Shown here: positions 36,786-47,781 of the stretch, piece by piece
Layout: each line of letters opens with the position of its first letter
How positions within the stretch are numbered: the first letter of the stretch is position 1
Source of the DNA: Candidatus Acidiferrales bacterium
Lineage (GTDB): Bacteria; Acidobacteriota; Terriglobia; Acidiferrales; UBA7541
Reading direction: 5' to 3'
Assembly: GCA_035933545.1 (NCBI GenBank)
Contig: DASYYQ010000146.1
Span: 37,668 to 101,667, forward strand
DNA: 64,000 nt
Position numbers and translations under genes: made by a program
Notes under the pieces: generated by a model
What the model was told of the DNA's origin: nothing
Databases searched by the model: none
The model's input: only the letters and a program-made list of their open reading frames with translations

Positions 36786-37853
36786 TTGCCGAAAAAGAGG
36801 CTGATTCTTGCGGCCGTAGTAGTGTGCGCAGCGCTGACCTCGTGCCGAAATCAACAGGCGCCCAGCAAAAATACCTGGGCGGTTGTTAACGGCGTGGCCA
36901 TTGATCGCGCAGAGGTGGAGAAATATTACCGCAGCCGGCAGCAATCGCAGGGCACGCCGCCGAATGGCGACCTGTCGCATGACGAAGCTCTTTCCATGAA
37001 ACTCAGCATTCTGGATCAGCTGATTAACAACGAAATTCTCTTCCAGCGCGCCAAGGCGATGAATCTAGTGGCATCAGATGCAGAAGTCGAAAGCCGCTTC
37101 GCGCAATCCAAGAGCTCTTTTACCGAGGACGAATTTCAGAAGAAACTGCAGGAAAGCGGGCTGACAGTCGATGATCTGAAGAATGAAATTCGTCGCGAAC
37201 TCTCGATTCAGAAAGTCCTTAATCGTGACGTGGTGACCAAGATTAAGGTGACGGATGCGGATGTCGCCTCCTTCTACCAAAAGAATCAGGCGCAATTCAA
37301 TGTGGCCGAGCCGCAATTTCACGTGGCGCAGATCGTCGTGACTCCTGGTCCGGATCCCGGAATCCACAATCGTAAAAATGACGATGCGACTACTCTCGAG
37401 CAGGCCAAGAAAAAAGTTGAAATGCTGGAATCGCGCCTAGCCGCCGGGGCTGATTTCGCGCAACTGGCCATGGACTACTCCGAGGACGCCAACGGAACGA
37501 ATGGCGGGGATCTCGGCTTCATCCCAGAATCGTCGTTGAGCCAGACGGAACCTGCGCTAAAGAACGCGGTGTTGGCGCTGCAGCCGGGACAAGTGAGCAA
37601 GCCGATACTTCTGAAGGATGGCTATCACATCATCAAGCTGATTGCCAAGGAGCAGGCCGGCCAGCGACAGCTTTCGGATCCGCAGGTGCAACAGTCCATC
37701 CGTCAGACTCTGCAGAATCGGCGCGAGCAACTGCTTCGCGCTGCCTATTTGAGCATGGCGCGGGACCAGGCGCACGTTGTCAACTATCTGGCGAAAGAGA
37801 TCGTCGAATCAGCCGGACAACTGCCCGCCGATGAGAGCGCGCATAATCCATAG
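36786..37853 (+). CDS. SurA/PrsA-like peptidyl-prolyl isomerase lipoprotein (parvulin type)
   Basis: TTG start lies 9 nt after AAGGAG. Lipobox AALTSC, a SurA_N-like region (ILDQLINNEILFQRAK), and a PpiC domain (HVAQIVV...FAQLAMDYSED...GGDLGFIPES...VSKPILLKDGYHIIKL). Confidence 0.8.
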   Translation: MPKKRLILAAVVVCAALTSCRNQQAPSKNTWAVVNGVAIDRAEVEKYYRSRQQSQGTPPNGDLSHDEALSMKLSILDQLINNEILFQRAKAMNLVASDAEVESRFAQSKSSFTEDEFQKKLQESGLTVDDLKNEIRRELSIQKVLNRDVVTKIKVTDADVASFYQKNQAQFNVAEPQFHVAQIVVTPGPDPGIHNRKNDDATTLEQAKKKVEMLESRLAAGADFAQLAMDYSEDANGTNGGDLGFIPESSLSQTEPALKNAVLALQPGQVSKPILLKDGYHIIKLIAKEQAGQRQLSDPQVQQSIRQTLQNRREQLLRAAYLSMARDQAHVVNYLAKEIVESAGQLPADESAHNP

Positions 37854-37879
37854 AAACCTGCGGAGAGTGACATCCTAAT

Positions 37880-38377
37880 TCACGCGATTACCGCCAAGAC
37901 TTCTCCGGCATTCACGGGCTGACTTTCAGCAACGGCTACTCTTTCGACGATTCCTTCTTTCGGCGATTTGATTTCGTTTTGCATCTTCATGGCCTCGATG
38001 ATCAACAGGCCCTGGCCTCGTTCAACTTTGTCGCCATTTTTCACCAGGAGTCGCACTATTTTGCCCGGCATTGGGGCGGTGATATTTTGCCGGCCCTGTG
38101 CGCCAACTGATCCGCTTCCGCTGCGCCGCCACTGACGCGGATCTTCGTATTCCACAAGATACTCATGACCATCGATAGCGATGCGTATCCCGCTCTGCGC
38201 AGGCGCAACGCGCACTTCGAAAACCGTTCCTCCGAGCAGAACGGAAAAAACGCCCGATTCCAGCTCTACGATGTCTGCCGCCACTCCCTGTCCATCGAGG
38301 CTGAATTCTTTTCGCGATGTGGCGCGTTTGATTTTTACATTTCGCACGCGGCTGTTAATTTTCAGCTGAAGATTCAT
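37880..38377 (-). CDS. biotin carboxyl carrier protein (biotinyl/lipoyl domain)
   Basis: ITAPMPGKIVRLLVKNGDKVERGQGLLIIEAMKMQNEIKSPKEGIV contains the EAMKM biotinylation motif. Its ATG overlaps the stop of the biotin carboxylase gene (ATGA). Confidence 0.8.
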   Translation of the reverse strand: MNLQLKINSRVRNVKIKRATSRKEFSLDGQGVAADIVELESGVFSVLLGGTVFEVRVAPAQSGIRIAIDGHEYLVEYEDPRQWRRSGSGSVGAQGRQNITAPMPGKIVRLLVKNGDKVERGQGLLIIEAMKMQNEIKSPKEGIVERVAVAESQPVNAGEVLAVIA

Positions 38378-39915
38378 CGTTGATCCAGAGGTTCGGAAAC
38401 CTGCTCGCGACGCGATTGAGTTTTCCATCGCGAGGTTCGTTCTGACGGAATCGCGGGCGCATTCTCGGGCTGACTCCTCTGCGCAAACCAGAATCCCGCT
38501 GCGAGTGCTGCCGCATCTTCGAGCAGCATTTCGCGGGCGTGCTGTGATTTGCTTGCAACGAGAGCCGCTGTGGGCTCGGCCAGGAACTCGTCAAGCCATT
38601 TAGTATGAATTTCGCCGCGCAAAAATTCGGGCGCTGACAAAATCCTGCGAAACAGGCTCACATTCGTTCGGATTCCCGTCGCGTAGTATTCGTTCAACGC
38701 GCGGTTCATGCGAGCGATGGCCTCGTCGCGATTGGCTCCCCAGACGATGACTTTGTCCAGCATCGGGTCGTAATCCAGGGGCACAGTCCAGCCCTCATAT
38801 ACGCCATCGTCCACGCGAATGCCCGGCCCGGACGGCACGCGGCGCTTTAGTATTTTTCCCGGCGAAGGATAGAAATTATTATCGGGATCCTCGGCATAGA
38901 TGCGGCACTCTATAGCATGGCCGCGCAATTCTATATTCTCCTGCGCAAATGGGAGCGCATTACCGCATGCGACATGAATTTGCAACTTTACCAGGTCGAG
39001 GGTCGTGACCATTTCTGTTACGGGATGCTCGACCTGCAAACGCGTATTCATTTCGAGGAAATAGAAGTTCCGGCCAGCGTCAACGAGAAATTCCATCGTC
39101 CCGGCGTTAGCATAATCTCCAGCGCGAGCGAGCTTAATGGCAGCTTCTCCCATAGCGCGGCGCAATTCGGGTGTGGCAATGAGCGACGGGGCCTCTTCGA
39201 TAACTTTTTGATAGCGCCGCTGCACAGAACACTCGCGTTCACCAAGATAGACGACATGGCCGTGGTGATCACCGAGCACCTGAATCTCTACATGACGCGG
39301 GCGAATCAAGAATTTCTCGAGGTACAACCTGCCGTCCCCGAATGCATTCGTTGCTTCCGAAGACGCCTCGCGCCACGCCGTCGGAAGTTCTTGCGCACTC
39401 TCAACCAGGCGCATTCCCTTGCCGCCGCCCCCCGCAACTGCCTTCAAGACAACCGGAAAGCCGATTTCGCCCGCAATTTTGGCTGCATTTTGTGCGCTCT
39501 CGATTGGATCAATTGTGCCCGGCACTGTAGGAACGCCTATTTTCTTCGCGAGCTGCCGCGCGGCGGTCTTTGATCCCAACTGCTCCATAGCCCCGGCTGA
39601 AGGGCCGATAAAGGTGATGCCTTCGCGCGCACAGGCGCGAGGAAGATCGGGGTTTTCGGCGAGGAAGCCATAGCCCGGGTGGACAGCGTCGCACTGAGCG
39701 GATTTTGCAACTTTCAAGATTTTGTCGATGACTAAATAGCTCTCTCGCGAAGGCGCAGGGCCGATTCGGTACGCTTCATCCGCAAGTCGCACATGAAGAG
39801 AAGTGCGGTCCGCATCGCTGAAAACGGCCGCGGAGCGAATGCCCATCTCGCGGCAGGCGCGCGCGATGCGAACTGTAATCTCTCCGCGATTTGCGATCAG
39901 TATTTTCTTGAACAT
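38374..39915 (-). CDS. acetyl/propionyl-CoA carboxylase, biotin carboxylase subunit
   Basis: MFKKILIANRGEITVRIARACREMGI..., GGGGKGMR, and EMNTRLQVEHPVTE are canonical BC motifs. About 60 extra C-terminal residues are present. Confidence 0.9.
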   Translation of the reverse strand: MFKKILIANRGEITVRIARACREMGIRSAAVFSDADRTSLHVRLADEAYRIGPAPSRESYLVIDKILKVAKSAQCDAVHPGYGFLAENPDLPRACAREGITFIGPSAGAMEQLGSKTAARQLAKKIGVPTVPGTIDPIESAQNAAKIAGEIGFPVVLKAVAGGGGKGMRLVESAQELPTAWREASSEATNAFGDGRLYLEKFLIRPRHVEIQVLGDHHGHVVYLGERECSVQRRYQKVIEEAPSLIATPELRRAMGEAAIKLARAGDYANAGTMEFLVDAGRNFYFLEMNTRLQVEHPVTEMVTTLDLVKLQIHVACGNALPFAQENIELRGHAIECRIYAEDPDNNFYPSPGKILKRRVPSGPGIRVDDGVYEGWTVPLDYDPMLDKVIVWGANRDEAIARMNRALNEYYATGIRTNVSLFRRILSAPEFLRGEIHTKWLDEFLAEPTAALVASKSQHAREMLLEDAAALAAGFWFAQRSQPENAPAIPSERTSRWKTQSRREQVSEPLDQR

Positions 39916-39962
39916 ATCTGCTCAATGGTTGCGAAACAACGGCAAGAATTCTAGCACGGCGT

Positions 39963-41531
39963 TTACAGAGGTATGTTTCCGTGTTTTTTTCGAGGATTGG
40001 TATCGCGTTTATTGTCAAGCGAGCGCAAGGCTGTAATCAGTCTCGAGCGCGTCTCCGCCGGCACGATGATCGCATCAATGTAGCCGCGCTCGGCGGCAAC
40101 ATAGGGATTGGCAAAACGTTCGCGAAACTCCGCGATTTTCTCCGCGCGCAATACGGCGCGATCCGATTCCGCGGCGCGTTCGATTTCGCGCCTGTAAACA
40201 ATGTTCACAGCTCCCTCCGGCCCCATCACCGCGATCTCCGCGCTCGGCCACGCGAAATTGAAGTCCGTGCGAATGTGTTTTGACGACATCACGCAGTAAG
40301 CGCCGCCATAGGCCTTTCGTGTGATCACCGTGATTTTGGGAACCGTCGCCTCCGCATAAGCAAAGAGCAGTTTCGCACCGTGCCTAATGATTCCGCCATA
40401 TTCCTGTTGCGTGCCAGGCAGAAAACCTGGGACGTCTTCAAACGTGATCAGCGGGATGTTGAACGCATCGCAGAAACGCACAAATCGCGCCCCTTTTACC
40501 GACGCATTGATGTCCAGAACGCCGGCAAGGAATGCCGGCTGGTTTGCGACGATGCCCACCGGAGATCCCGCGAGCCGCGCGAAACCCACAACCAGGTTCG
40601 TCGCGAAATGCTCATGCACTTCGAAGAAATACCTATCATCAACTACTGCGTGGATCACGTCTTTGACGTTGTACGGAACCATCGGATCTTCCGGAACGAT
40701 GGAATTCAGCGACAACTCGGCGCGGTCGACAGGGTCATCGGTAGCGCGGCGCGGCGGATCATCGAGATTATTGGACGGCAAGAAACCGAGTAGCTCACGA
40801 ATCATGGCAAGGCAGTCCTGGTCATCCCGCGCAATAAAATGAGCGACGCCGCTTTTCGCGTTATGCGTCATGGCGCCGCCGAGTTCGTGCTTGGTGACTT
40901 CCTCGTGCGTCACTGTTTTAATCACATCGGGTCCCGTGACGAACATGTACGACGATTTCTCGGTCATGAAGATAAAATCCGTGATCGCCGGCGAATAAAC
41001 CGCGCCGCCCGCGCATGGCCCCATGATGGCGCTGATTTGCGGCACGACGCCGCTGGCCAGCGTATTCAGCAAAAAAATATCCGCGTAGCCCGCCAGCGAC
41101 ATTACTCCCTCTTGAATACGCGCCCCGCCGGAATCGTTCAGTCCAATTACCGGAGCGCCATTGCTCATCGCCAGCTTCATGATTTTTTCGATTTTTCCGG
41201 CATTTGTTTCGGAGAGCGAGCCGCCAAACACAGTGAAGTCCTGCGCGAAAACGTAGACCAAGCGTCCATCGATGCGGCCGAAACCGGAAACGAAGCCATC
41301 GCCGGAGGGCCGCTGCTCAGACATTCCAAAATCTACGCAACGGTGTTTAACGAACTTGTCCAACTCCTCAAATGTGCCCTCGTCGAGAAGTAGCGCGATT
41401 CTCTCTCGTGCATTCAGCTTGCCTTCTTTGTGCTGGCGTTCGCGCCGCTCTGCGCCTCCGCCCGCTTCCGCCTCTTGACTGCGGAGCTTGAATTCATCAA
41501 TCCGATCGTGCTTCGGCGTTTTTGCGGCCAT
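39963..41531 (-). CDS. acyl-CoA carboxylase carboxyltransferase subunit (PccB / methylmalonyl-CoA carboxyltransferase 12S type)
   Basis: [42 protein letters not shown], and [13 protein letters not shown]; the second half has [18 protein letters not shown] and [11 protein letters not shown]. Confidence 0.9.
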   Translation of the reverse strand: MAAKTPKHDRIDEFKLRSQEAEAGGGAERRERQHKEGKLNARERIALLLDEGTFEELDKFVKHRCVDFGMSEQRPSGDGFVSGFGRIDGRLVYVFAQDFTVFGGSLSETNAGKIEKIMKLAMSNGAPVIGLNDSGGARIQEGVMSLAGYADIFLLNTLASGVVPQISAIMGPCAGGAVYSPAITDFIFMTEKSSYMFVTGPDVIKTVTHEEVTKHELGGAMTHNAKSGVAHFIARDDQDCLAMIRELLGFLPSNNLDDPPRRATDDPVDRAELSLNSIVPEDPMVPYNVKDVIHAVVDDRYFFEVHEHFATNLVVGFARLAGSPVGIVANQPAFLAGVLDINASVKGARFVRFCDAFNIPLITFEDVPGFLPGTQQEYGGIIRHGAKLLFAYAEATVPKITVITRKAYGGAYCVMSSKHIRTDFNFAWPSAEIAVMGPEGAVNIVYRREIERAAESDRAVLRAEKIAEFRERFANPYVAAERGYIDAIIVPAETRSRLITALRSLDNKRDTNPRKKHGNIPL

Positions 41532-41635
41532 GTCTGGAGCGCTAGCGTGCCACAGCGAGGCGCATCCGGCAAGCGAAGGAGCGAACTATCTTGAATCGTG
41601 AAGGGAGTTCCACGCTATGAGCGCAAATCGAGTTG

Positions 41636-42043
41636 TCAGCGCAGCGCGGACCAATCATCCGCGATTAGGATGGAATTGCTTGGATTAGCAGGATCATATC
41701 TCACGCCCACCGGCTGGCCGGCCACCACGCGTTCCAGGCATGCTTGCTCCTCGAATCCCGTGATGTCCTGAGCTGCTTCGTAGGTGACTCCGGAAATCGA
41801 GTAGGTGTAGAGCAGCATTTTGTGATTGGGCAATTTCGTTAAATCCGCGCGGCCGCGCTTTCCGAAGAGACCTGTTTGGCCCGATGGCGCTTCGCCGACA
41901 GGTCTTTCGACAATTTCCAAAACCTGTCCATCGACGATACGGCCAACGCGATGTAGGTACGCGCGCCGCTCGCGCTCCGTTTCCAATGAATTCTTGGCCC
42001 GGCCGAACAGTCGCACAAAAGCGAAAGCGCCAAAGACAATCAC
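41636..42043 (-). CDS. DUF3592-like protein
   Basis: 135 aa with a GTG start directly after an in-frame stop. It has a short N-terminal hydrophobic segment, then ...GRIVDGQV...YTYSISGVTYEAAQD...GQPVGVRYDPANPSNSIL, which resembles DUF3592. Confidence 0.5.
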   Translation of the reverse strand: MIVFGAFAFVRLFGRAKNSLETERERRAYLHRVGRIVDGQVLEIVERPVGEAPSGQTGLFGKRGRADLTKLPNHKMLLYTYSISGVTYEAAQDITGFEEQACLERVVAGQPVGVRYDPANPSNSILIADDWSALR

Positions 42044-42225
42044 GAGCTACTCCAGGGATCTGATTTTGTTGCGGCGCACGCGGCTCTACTATTTCTCTCA
42101 CGCAATAGGAGAACCACTGTCACGCTTTTCTGAAAGATTATACCTGTGAGAAGGGCTCGCAAGTGGGCGAAGGAGCAGCCATCTATCGCAAGAGATATCC
42201 CCCTCCTCAGCTAAAAAGGCTGAAT

Positions 42226-43032
42226 CTATGCGGGCTTGACTACCGGATTGCGCAGGGTGCCGATGCCGGTCACCATGATTTCGACAATGTCCCCAGCGGA
42301 AAGAGGGCCAATGCCGGCGGGCGTGCCAGTGGCGATTACGTCTCCCGTTTCGAGAGTCATCATCTGCGAAATCCAGCGAACCAGAAATTCAACCGGGAAA
42401 ATCATTTCTGTGAACTTCGCCGACTGACGCCGCTCCCTGTTGACAAACGTCTCGACACGCGCATGATTCAAATCCAGTTCTGTTTCAATCCACGGGCCGA
42501 ACGGGCAGAACGTGTCGAAACCTTTCGCGCGCGTGAACTGCACGTCCCTTTTTTGCAGGTCGCGGGCGGTGACGTCGTTCAAGCACGTGTATCCAAGAAC
42601 GTACGGTTGCACGTCTTCGGCGGCTCCTAATCGGCGGCATTGTTTTCCAATCACGATGGCCAACTCGCCTTCGTAATCGACGCGGTCCGAATGAGGCGTC
42701 AGCACAATTGGCTCTTCGGGAGCGATAATCGCGGAGGGCGGCTTCAGGAAAATCAGCGGCTCCTTGGGAACGGCGTTCCCGAGTTCAGCGGCGTGCTCCG
42801 CATAATTGCGTCCAACGCAAACGATCTTGCTGGGTGCACTGGGAGCGAGAAGCTTAATTTCTGAAAGTTGCCAACTTTGGCCTGTTCGTTCTGGCGATCG
42901 AAACGGATCCGGCAGTTCAACGACGCGATCATCCTCGATGATTCCGTACCGTGCCGCACCGGAATTTATGTCGGCGGACTGACCATGGGAGGCTTCAATT
43001 GCGGCCTTGGGATGGAAACGGCAAATTTTCAT
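42226..43032 (-). CDS. fumarylacetoacetate hydrolase (FAH) family protein
   Basis: KIVCVGRNYAEHAAELG...PLIFLKPPSAI...DYEGELAIVIGK...GYTCLNDVTARDLQ...KGFDTFCPFGPW...GDVIATGTPAGIG are FAH-family signatures. Confidence 0.85.
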   Translation of the reverse strand: MKICRFHPKAAIEASHGQSADINSGAARYGIIEDDRVVELPDPFRSPERTGQSWQLSEIKLLAPSAPSKIVCVGRNYAEHAAELGNAVPKEPLIFLKPPSAIIAPEEPIVLTPHSDRVDYEGELAIVIGKQCRRLGAAEDVQPYVLGYTCLNDVTARDLQKRDVQFTRAKGFDTFCPFGPWIETELDLNHARVETFVNRERRQSAKFTEMIFPVEFLVRWISQMMTLETGDVIATGTPAGIGPLSAGDIVEIMVTGIGTLRNPVVKPA

Positions 43033-44276
43033 TTACGTCCTCGAATCAATGAAGTTCTTGCGGTGAACCGCACAGTTCGCGTTGTTATTTTCGACGATGG
43101 CACCTTGACCCGAACCGGAGCACTGAGCGCGCTTTCGTTTCCAGCGCGGCCTATGGCTGTGATCCGGTAAAAATACTCCACTCCCGGCATGACGGAGGTA
43201 TCCCGGAAAACAGGTACGAGCACGGGAGCAGTATTCGCGCGTGTGCCTGTCTCGCTCTCTTTATTGCTTCGATAAACATTGTAGCCCGCTAAATCTGTGT
43301 CAGGACTAATCTCCCAGGAAAGCTCAACGGATGGCGCAGCAGCTCCACGGGCAGGAACCACGGTGGCAACCACATTTTTCGGAGCAGCAGGACGATGATT
43401 GGCAGCCAGCTTTACTTCGATTACGTTGGAATCTTGCGACTCAACGGAACCCGCCACGTATTTCGTGATGCTACGAACTTTGTACCTGTAACTCCGCCCC
43501 GCTTCAACTTTTGTGTCGCTATAGGATGGCTCTGGTGACTCTCCGAGCAACGCGAATCCCGCACTTGCTGCAGCCGGGGTCGCAGGCGCTGCTAACGGCT
43601 CTGTGGACGTGCTCGCGGAATTAACGTCAGGAAGTTCCGCCCGATAAACCTGATAGCGAATAGAAACCGGCTCAGAAACGCCACTTGGCACAATCGCCGG
43701 CGCGCTCCAGGAGAGCTCCACGGTGTCATTCGCGATTTGCGCGCGCAGATCATGAATTGGCTGCGGCGCAGGCAGGATCGGGATTTGAATCGCATTCGAC
43801 GGTTCAGATTCGCTTCTGGCGACTCGCGTGCGGACTTCGTATACGGCCTCATCTTTGCCGGCGTGCGCGGTCAAATCCTGCGGCGTGAGCATATCAGGGA
43901 AATCAATCTGTCCCGCTTGGAGGTATTGGTCAACCATCTGCGGAGGAATTGTAGTGATTAGTCGCAGTTTCTCCCGATGCCGCGACTTCGCTCCTGAGAC
44001 GCTTTCAAATACGCGGTAGATCTCGATCTTAAGATTCGTGCTGAGCGCGCCGCCTTTGACCGTCTCCGTCGGCAGGGCGAACGACAGGACAATTGACGCG
44101 CCCGCTTGTTTCGCGGAAAGATTCGTGATGACGCGCGGTTTGGTCGTCTCGCGCGTGACTGGGACGCCCGGAGCGGCACATCCAAAAAGCAGCATGCTTT
44201 CAAGCACAATCAGCAGACTCAAAAAATGAAGGCTGCGCGCCCTCGCAAAATTGGGCTCTTGCCGAGTGAGCGCCAT
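43029..44276 (-). CDS. lipoprotein with fibronectin-type-III-like repeats, function unknown
   Basis: Lipobox LLFGCAAP. Repeated beta-rich units end in Y(R/K)V patterns (YEVRTRV, YQVYRAE, YRYKVRSI, YNVYRSN, YFYRITAI). It overlaps the FAH gene by 4 nt. Confidence 0.6.
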   Translation of the reverse strand: MALTRQEPNFARARSLHFLSLLIVLESMLLFGCAAPGVPVTRETTKPRVITNLSAKQAGASIVLSFALPTETVKGGALSTNLKIEIYRVFESVSGAKSRHREKLRLITTIPPQMVDQYLQAGQIDFPDMLTPQDLTAHAGKDEAVYEVRTRVARSESEPSNAIQIPILPAPQPIHDLRAQIANDTVELSWSAPAIVPSGVSEPVSIRYQVYRAELPDVNSASTSTEPLAAPATPAAASAGFALLGESPEPSYSDTKVEAGRSYRYKVRSITKYVAGSVESQDSNVIEVKLAANHRPAAPKNVVATVVPARGAAAPSVELSWEISPDTDLAGYNVYRSNKESETGTRANTAPVLVPVFRDTSVMPGVEYFYRITAIGRAGNESALSAPVRVKVPSSKITTRTVRFTARTSLIRGRK

Positions 44277-44293
44277 TATCTGCGGTCACTCAC

Positions 44294-45739
44294 CTAGAGG
44301 ATGTAACGGCTGAGGTCCTGATCCTTCACAACGTCCGCAAGCTGTTTCTGCACGTAGGCAGCGTCAATTTTGACGCTACGCTTTTTCATCTCCGGCGCTT
44401 CGAAAGAAATCTCCTCCAGCACTTTTTCGAGAATCGTATGCAAACGCCGCGCGCCTATATTTTCCGTTTGCTCGTTCACCAGCGCTGCGAATCGTGCGAT
44501 AGACGCCACAGCATCTTCGCTGAAACTTATCTTCAGGCCCTCGGTATCCAGCAAAGCGATGGATTGCTTGATGAGCGCGTTCTTGGGCTCGGTCAAAATA
44601 CGCACGAAATCAGCTTCGCTGAGGGAGCTAAGCTCCACGCGGATCGGAAAACGCCCCTGAAGTTCAGGAATCAAGTCAGAAGGCTTGGTGGTATGAAACG
44701 CCCCGGCCGCGATGAACAACACGTGGTCTGTGCGCACCATGCCGTAACGCGTGTTTACCGTTGTCCCCTCGACGATTGGCAGGATGTCGCGCTGTACTCC
44801 TTCGCGCGAAACGTCCGGGCCATGCCCCGATTCCCGCCCCGCAATTTTGTCGACTTCGTCGATGAACAGAATCCCCATTTGCTCCACGCGGTCAACCGCG
44901 ATGCGCGTTACCTGCTCCATGTCCAGCAATTTGCTTTCTTCTTCTTGAATCAGGTAGTCGTATGCCTCCGCCACCATCATTTTGCGTTTCTTCTTCTGTT
45001 GGCCAAAAATGCCGGAGAGCATGTCCTTGACGTTGATGTCCATTTCTTCGACGCCCTGGCTGGACACGATTTCAAAGGCCGGCGTCATCCGTTCACGGAC
45101 TTCCACTTCGACCATACGCTGGTCGAGTTTTCCTTCGCGCAACTGCGCGCGCAGTTTTTCCCGCGTGCGCTGCGCCACTTCGCGAACCTGCGCTTCCGAA
45201 CCTGGGCTGGTGCTGTCGATCGAAGTTGGCGTCGGCGAAGTCGGCAGCAGCAAATCCAGCAGGCGTTCTTCCGCCGCTTGCTCGGCGCGCTCCGCCACTT
45301 CATCCAGCTTCTCTTCGCGCACCATATCGATAGCCACTTCTACCAGGTCTCGCACCATGGATTCGACGTCGCGGCCCACGTAGCCAACTTCCGTGTACTT
45401 GGAAGCCTCTACCTTCACGAACGGACAGCCGGCAAGCCGCGCCAGCCGTCGGGCAATTTCCGTTTTTCCCACGCCCGTCGGGCCAATCATCAAAATGTTT
45501 TTTGGCAACACATCTTCCGCCATTTCCGGCTGCAATTTTTGCCGGCGAACTCGGTTGCGCAACGCCACTGCGACCGCGCGTTTCGCGGCGTTCTGGCCCA
45601 CAATGTATTTGTCCAGCTCCAGGACAATTTCTCGCGGAGTCAATTCATCGAACGACGGAAGCGCCTCTGGTTCCGCCGGCGGATGCTCTCCGTTGAGGTA
45701 AATCACCATATTCTTTTCATCCTTGCCCTTTTCGCCCAC
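44294..45739 (-). CDS. hslU: ATP-dependent protease ATPase subunit HslU
   Basis: [31 protein letters not shown], Walker [26 protein letters not shown], and the C-terminus ...DQDLSRYIL. The start may be the internal Met 30 nt downstream. Confidence 0.9.
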   Translation of the reverse strand: MGEKGKDEKNMVIYLNGEHPPAEPEALPSFDELTPREIVLELDKYIVGQNAAKRAVAVALRNRVRRQKLQPEMAEDVLPKNILMIGPTGVGKTEIARRLARLAGCPFVKVEASKYTEVGYVGRDVESMVRDLVEVAIDMVREEKLDEVAERAEQAAEERLLDLLLPTSPTPTSIDSTSPGSEAQVREVAQRTREKLRAQLREGKLDQRMVEVEVRERMTPAFEIVSSQGVEEMDINVKDMLSGIFGQQKKKRKMMVAEAYDYLIQEEESKLLDMEQVTRIAVDRVEQMGILFIDEVDKIAGRESGHGPDVSREGVQRDILPIVEGTTVNTRYGMVRTDHVLFIAAGAFHTTKPSDLIPELQGRFPIRVELSSLSEADFVRILTEPKNALIKQSIALLDTEGLKISFSEDAVASIARFAALVNEQTENIGARRLHTILEKVLEEISFEAPEMKKRSVKIDAAYVQKQLADVVKDQDLSRYIL

Positions 45740-45751
45740 TGATTCTCACCT

Positions 45752-46303
45752 CTAGAGTTCCTCAATTACGAACGTCGCATTTGTATAGATGCAGATTTCG
45801 CTGGCGATGCGCATCGCCTCCTGCGCAATATCTTTGCAGCTCAGCTTCGTGTGTTTCGCCAGCGCGCGCGCCGCCGAGAGAGCATATGGGCCGCCTGAAC
45901 CGATGGCGCAAATGCCGTCGTCTGGCTCGATCACATCGCCATTTCCGGACAGCAGAAACGTCGATTTGCTATCCGCCACGATGAGCAAAGCTTCGAGGTG
46001 CCGCAGCGAACGATCTGTTCGCCATTCCTTGGAAAGCTCTACGGCTGCGCGCGCCAAATTGCCGTGGAATTCCTGCAGCTTGTTCTCGAAGCGCGTGAAA
46101 AGCGAAAGCGCATCGGCGGTGCTGCCGGCAAAACCGGCTAGGATCTTGTCGCTGAAAAGCCGGCGAATTTTCTTGGCGTTGTGCTTTACCACGCCTTCGC
46201 CGAGCGTCACCTGCCCGTCGCCGGCCATTACCACATGTCCGTCTTTGCGCACGCACAAAACTGTAGTGCTGCGTATACGCTGCTTCTTCTGCGTCGTTTG
46301 CAT
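45752..46303 (-). CDS. hslV: ATP-dependent protease peptidase subunit HslV
   Basis: Start at [33 protein letters not shown] (catalytic Thr context). [13 protein letters not shown] and [14 protein letters not shown] are also present. The upstream 74 codons of the track ORF are not HslV-like. Confidence 0.9.
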   Translation of the reverse strand: MQTTQKKQRIRSTTVLCVRKDGHVVMAGDGQVTLGEGVVKHNAKKIRRLFSDKILAGFAGSTADALSLFTRFENKLQEFHGNLARAAVELSKEWRTDRSLRHLEALLIVADSKSTFLLSGNGDVIEPDDGICAIGSGGPYALSAARALAKHTKLSCKDIAQEAMRIASEICIYTNATFVIEEL

Positions 46304-46398
46304 CCAGTGATTATAACCCGTCGCGGCTTCGGGACAAAAAGCAGCGCCAGCAACGAACTGGCATCGGCAATGGCTGTGAGTGCTTTTGTGGAGCGAGT

Positions 46399-47709
46399 TC
46401 AAGCGCGCATGCCGGCGTCCAGCGCGTCGTAAAACAGGTCGAGCTCGGTTGGTTGGGTGAAAATATTCGTCGAGACGCGCATGTTCATCGCGCCGCATAC
46501 AACGCGAATATTTCGCGCGGCGCATTCATCCGCAACTTTCTTCAACCCTCCCGTGGTCGTGCCGGCCGGAAGCGGCGGATTCGGTTCGATGCTAACCAGT
46601 GCGTTGAAAAACTGGTCGGCGCTGGCATTCGTGGTTTTCAGGTTCGAATATTTCAAGCAGCGGTCGCGCACTTGCGTCGCCAACTCATGCTGCCGCTTGT
46701 AGATGCGATTGGGGCCCACTTGATTGAAGAAATCGATTGCCGCATGAAGGCCAACCATGATGGACAAGTTCGAAGTGCCGATCCACGAAAACCGGTAAGC
46801 CTGCAGGTCATAGTTGTTCCAATTCGCGGTCACTGTATGCGGCCATAAATCCTTCAAATGCTCCTTGCGAATATAAAGAAAGCCTGTGCCTTTCGGCGCC
46901 ATTAGCCATTTATGCGGACTCGAACCGTAGAAATCGCAGCCCATATCGTGCAGGTTCAGGGGAATTTGCCCGATGGCATGCGCCCCGTCCACTGCCGACA
47001 ACACGCCATGCCGTCGCGCAACCGCGCAAATTTCCTTAGCGGGCAGGATCACTCCAGTGGCCGTTGTGATGTGGCTGAAAAAGATCATCCGCGTTTTTGG
47101 TGTCATCGCGCGCTCGAAAAGCTCCACAATTTCTTCCGTCGAGCGCGGAGGTTTCGGCAGCGCAACTTTGTTAATCTTTATTCCGTAACGCGCAGCTTTC
47201 ACATCCCACGGACAATAGCCTCCCGGATGCTCCTGGTCGGTCATGAGCACCTCTTCGCCCGGCTTCATATCGATTCCGTTGGCGATGACATTGTTCGCCT
47301 CCGTTGCATTTCGTAGGAGGGCTATTTCATCAGGGTTGGCATTCACGAAAGCCGCCAGTGCAGCAACCGTTTTCTGCAGGTGCTCATTTTCGTCATAGCC
47401 GAACCAAGGATAGGCAGGCTCGCGGAATTCTTCGCATTCCAGAATGTGCTCAATCATCGCGCGCAGGACCGGCAGCGGCGTGCAGCCCACCGAACCGCAG
47501 TTCAGGTTCACGTGGTCCGCGGCCAGCAACCATTGCCTCCGCATTTCTGCCCAATATCGCGCTGGATCTGACGCAAAAAGATCCGATGCAGGCATGGGCG
47601 GTTTCTCGATTGTGATTTGCCCGATGGCCTGCGCCGCCCTGGAAAGCGGAATGCCCAGCAGGGCGGCAGCGATTGCGGAACGCTGAATGAATTCGCGGCG
47701 ATGAAGCAT
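46399..47709 (-). CDS. class-V aminotransferase-fold PLP enzyme with twin-arginine (Tat) signal
   Basis: [28 protein letters not shown] is a Tat-like signal. The body resembles cysteine desulfurase / isopenicillin-N-epimerase-like enzymes ([48 protein letters not shown] with the PLP lysine). Confidence 0.8.
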   Translation of the reverse strand: MLHRREFIQRSAIAAALLGIPLSRAAQAIGQITIEKPPMPASDLFASDPARYWAEMRRQWLLAADHVNLNCGSVGCTPLPVLRAMIEHILECEEFREPAYPWFGYDENEHLQKTVAALAAFVNANPDEIALLRNATEANNVIANGIDMKPGEEVLMTDQEHPGGYCPWDVKAARYGIKINKVALPKPPRSTEEIVELFERAMTPKTRMIFFSHITTATGVILPAKEICAVARRHGVLSAVDGAHAIGQIPLNLHDMGCDFYGSSPHKWLMAPKGTGFLYIRKEHLKDLWPHTVTANWNNYDLQAYRFSWIGTSNLSIMVGLHAAIDFFNQVGPNRIYKRQHELATQVRDRCLKYSNLKTTNASADQFFNALVSIEPNPPLPAGTTTGGLKKVADECAARNIRVVCGAMNMRVSTNIFTQPTELDLFYDALDAGMRA

Positions 47710-47781
47710 GGGTACACCCCTTTCATTAGCACTTTCCGCGGAGTGTATCAGAAAACGACTGTAGGAGGCACGGCTTAGCGG

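Noticed and set aside
44438-45742. 434-aa plus-strand ORF
   Set aside because: It is antisense to hslU (Walker A and the C-terminal signature are present on the minus strand). Its translation is His/Arg/Phe-rich with no domain pattern.
46304-46525. N-terminal 74-codon extension of the hslV ORF (and similar extensions at 4941..5048, 12388..12558, 49434..49616, 62311..62541, 63249..63347)
   Set aside because: The family-conserved N-termini or signal peptides begin at internal Met codons with plausible RBSs. The extensions are Arg/Cys-rich and overlap neighbouring genes or intergenic signals.
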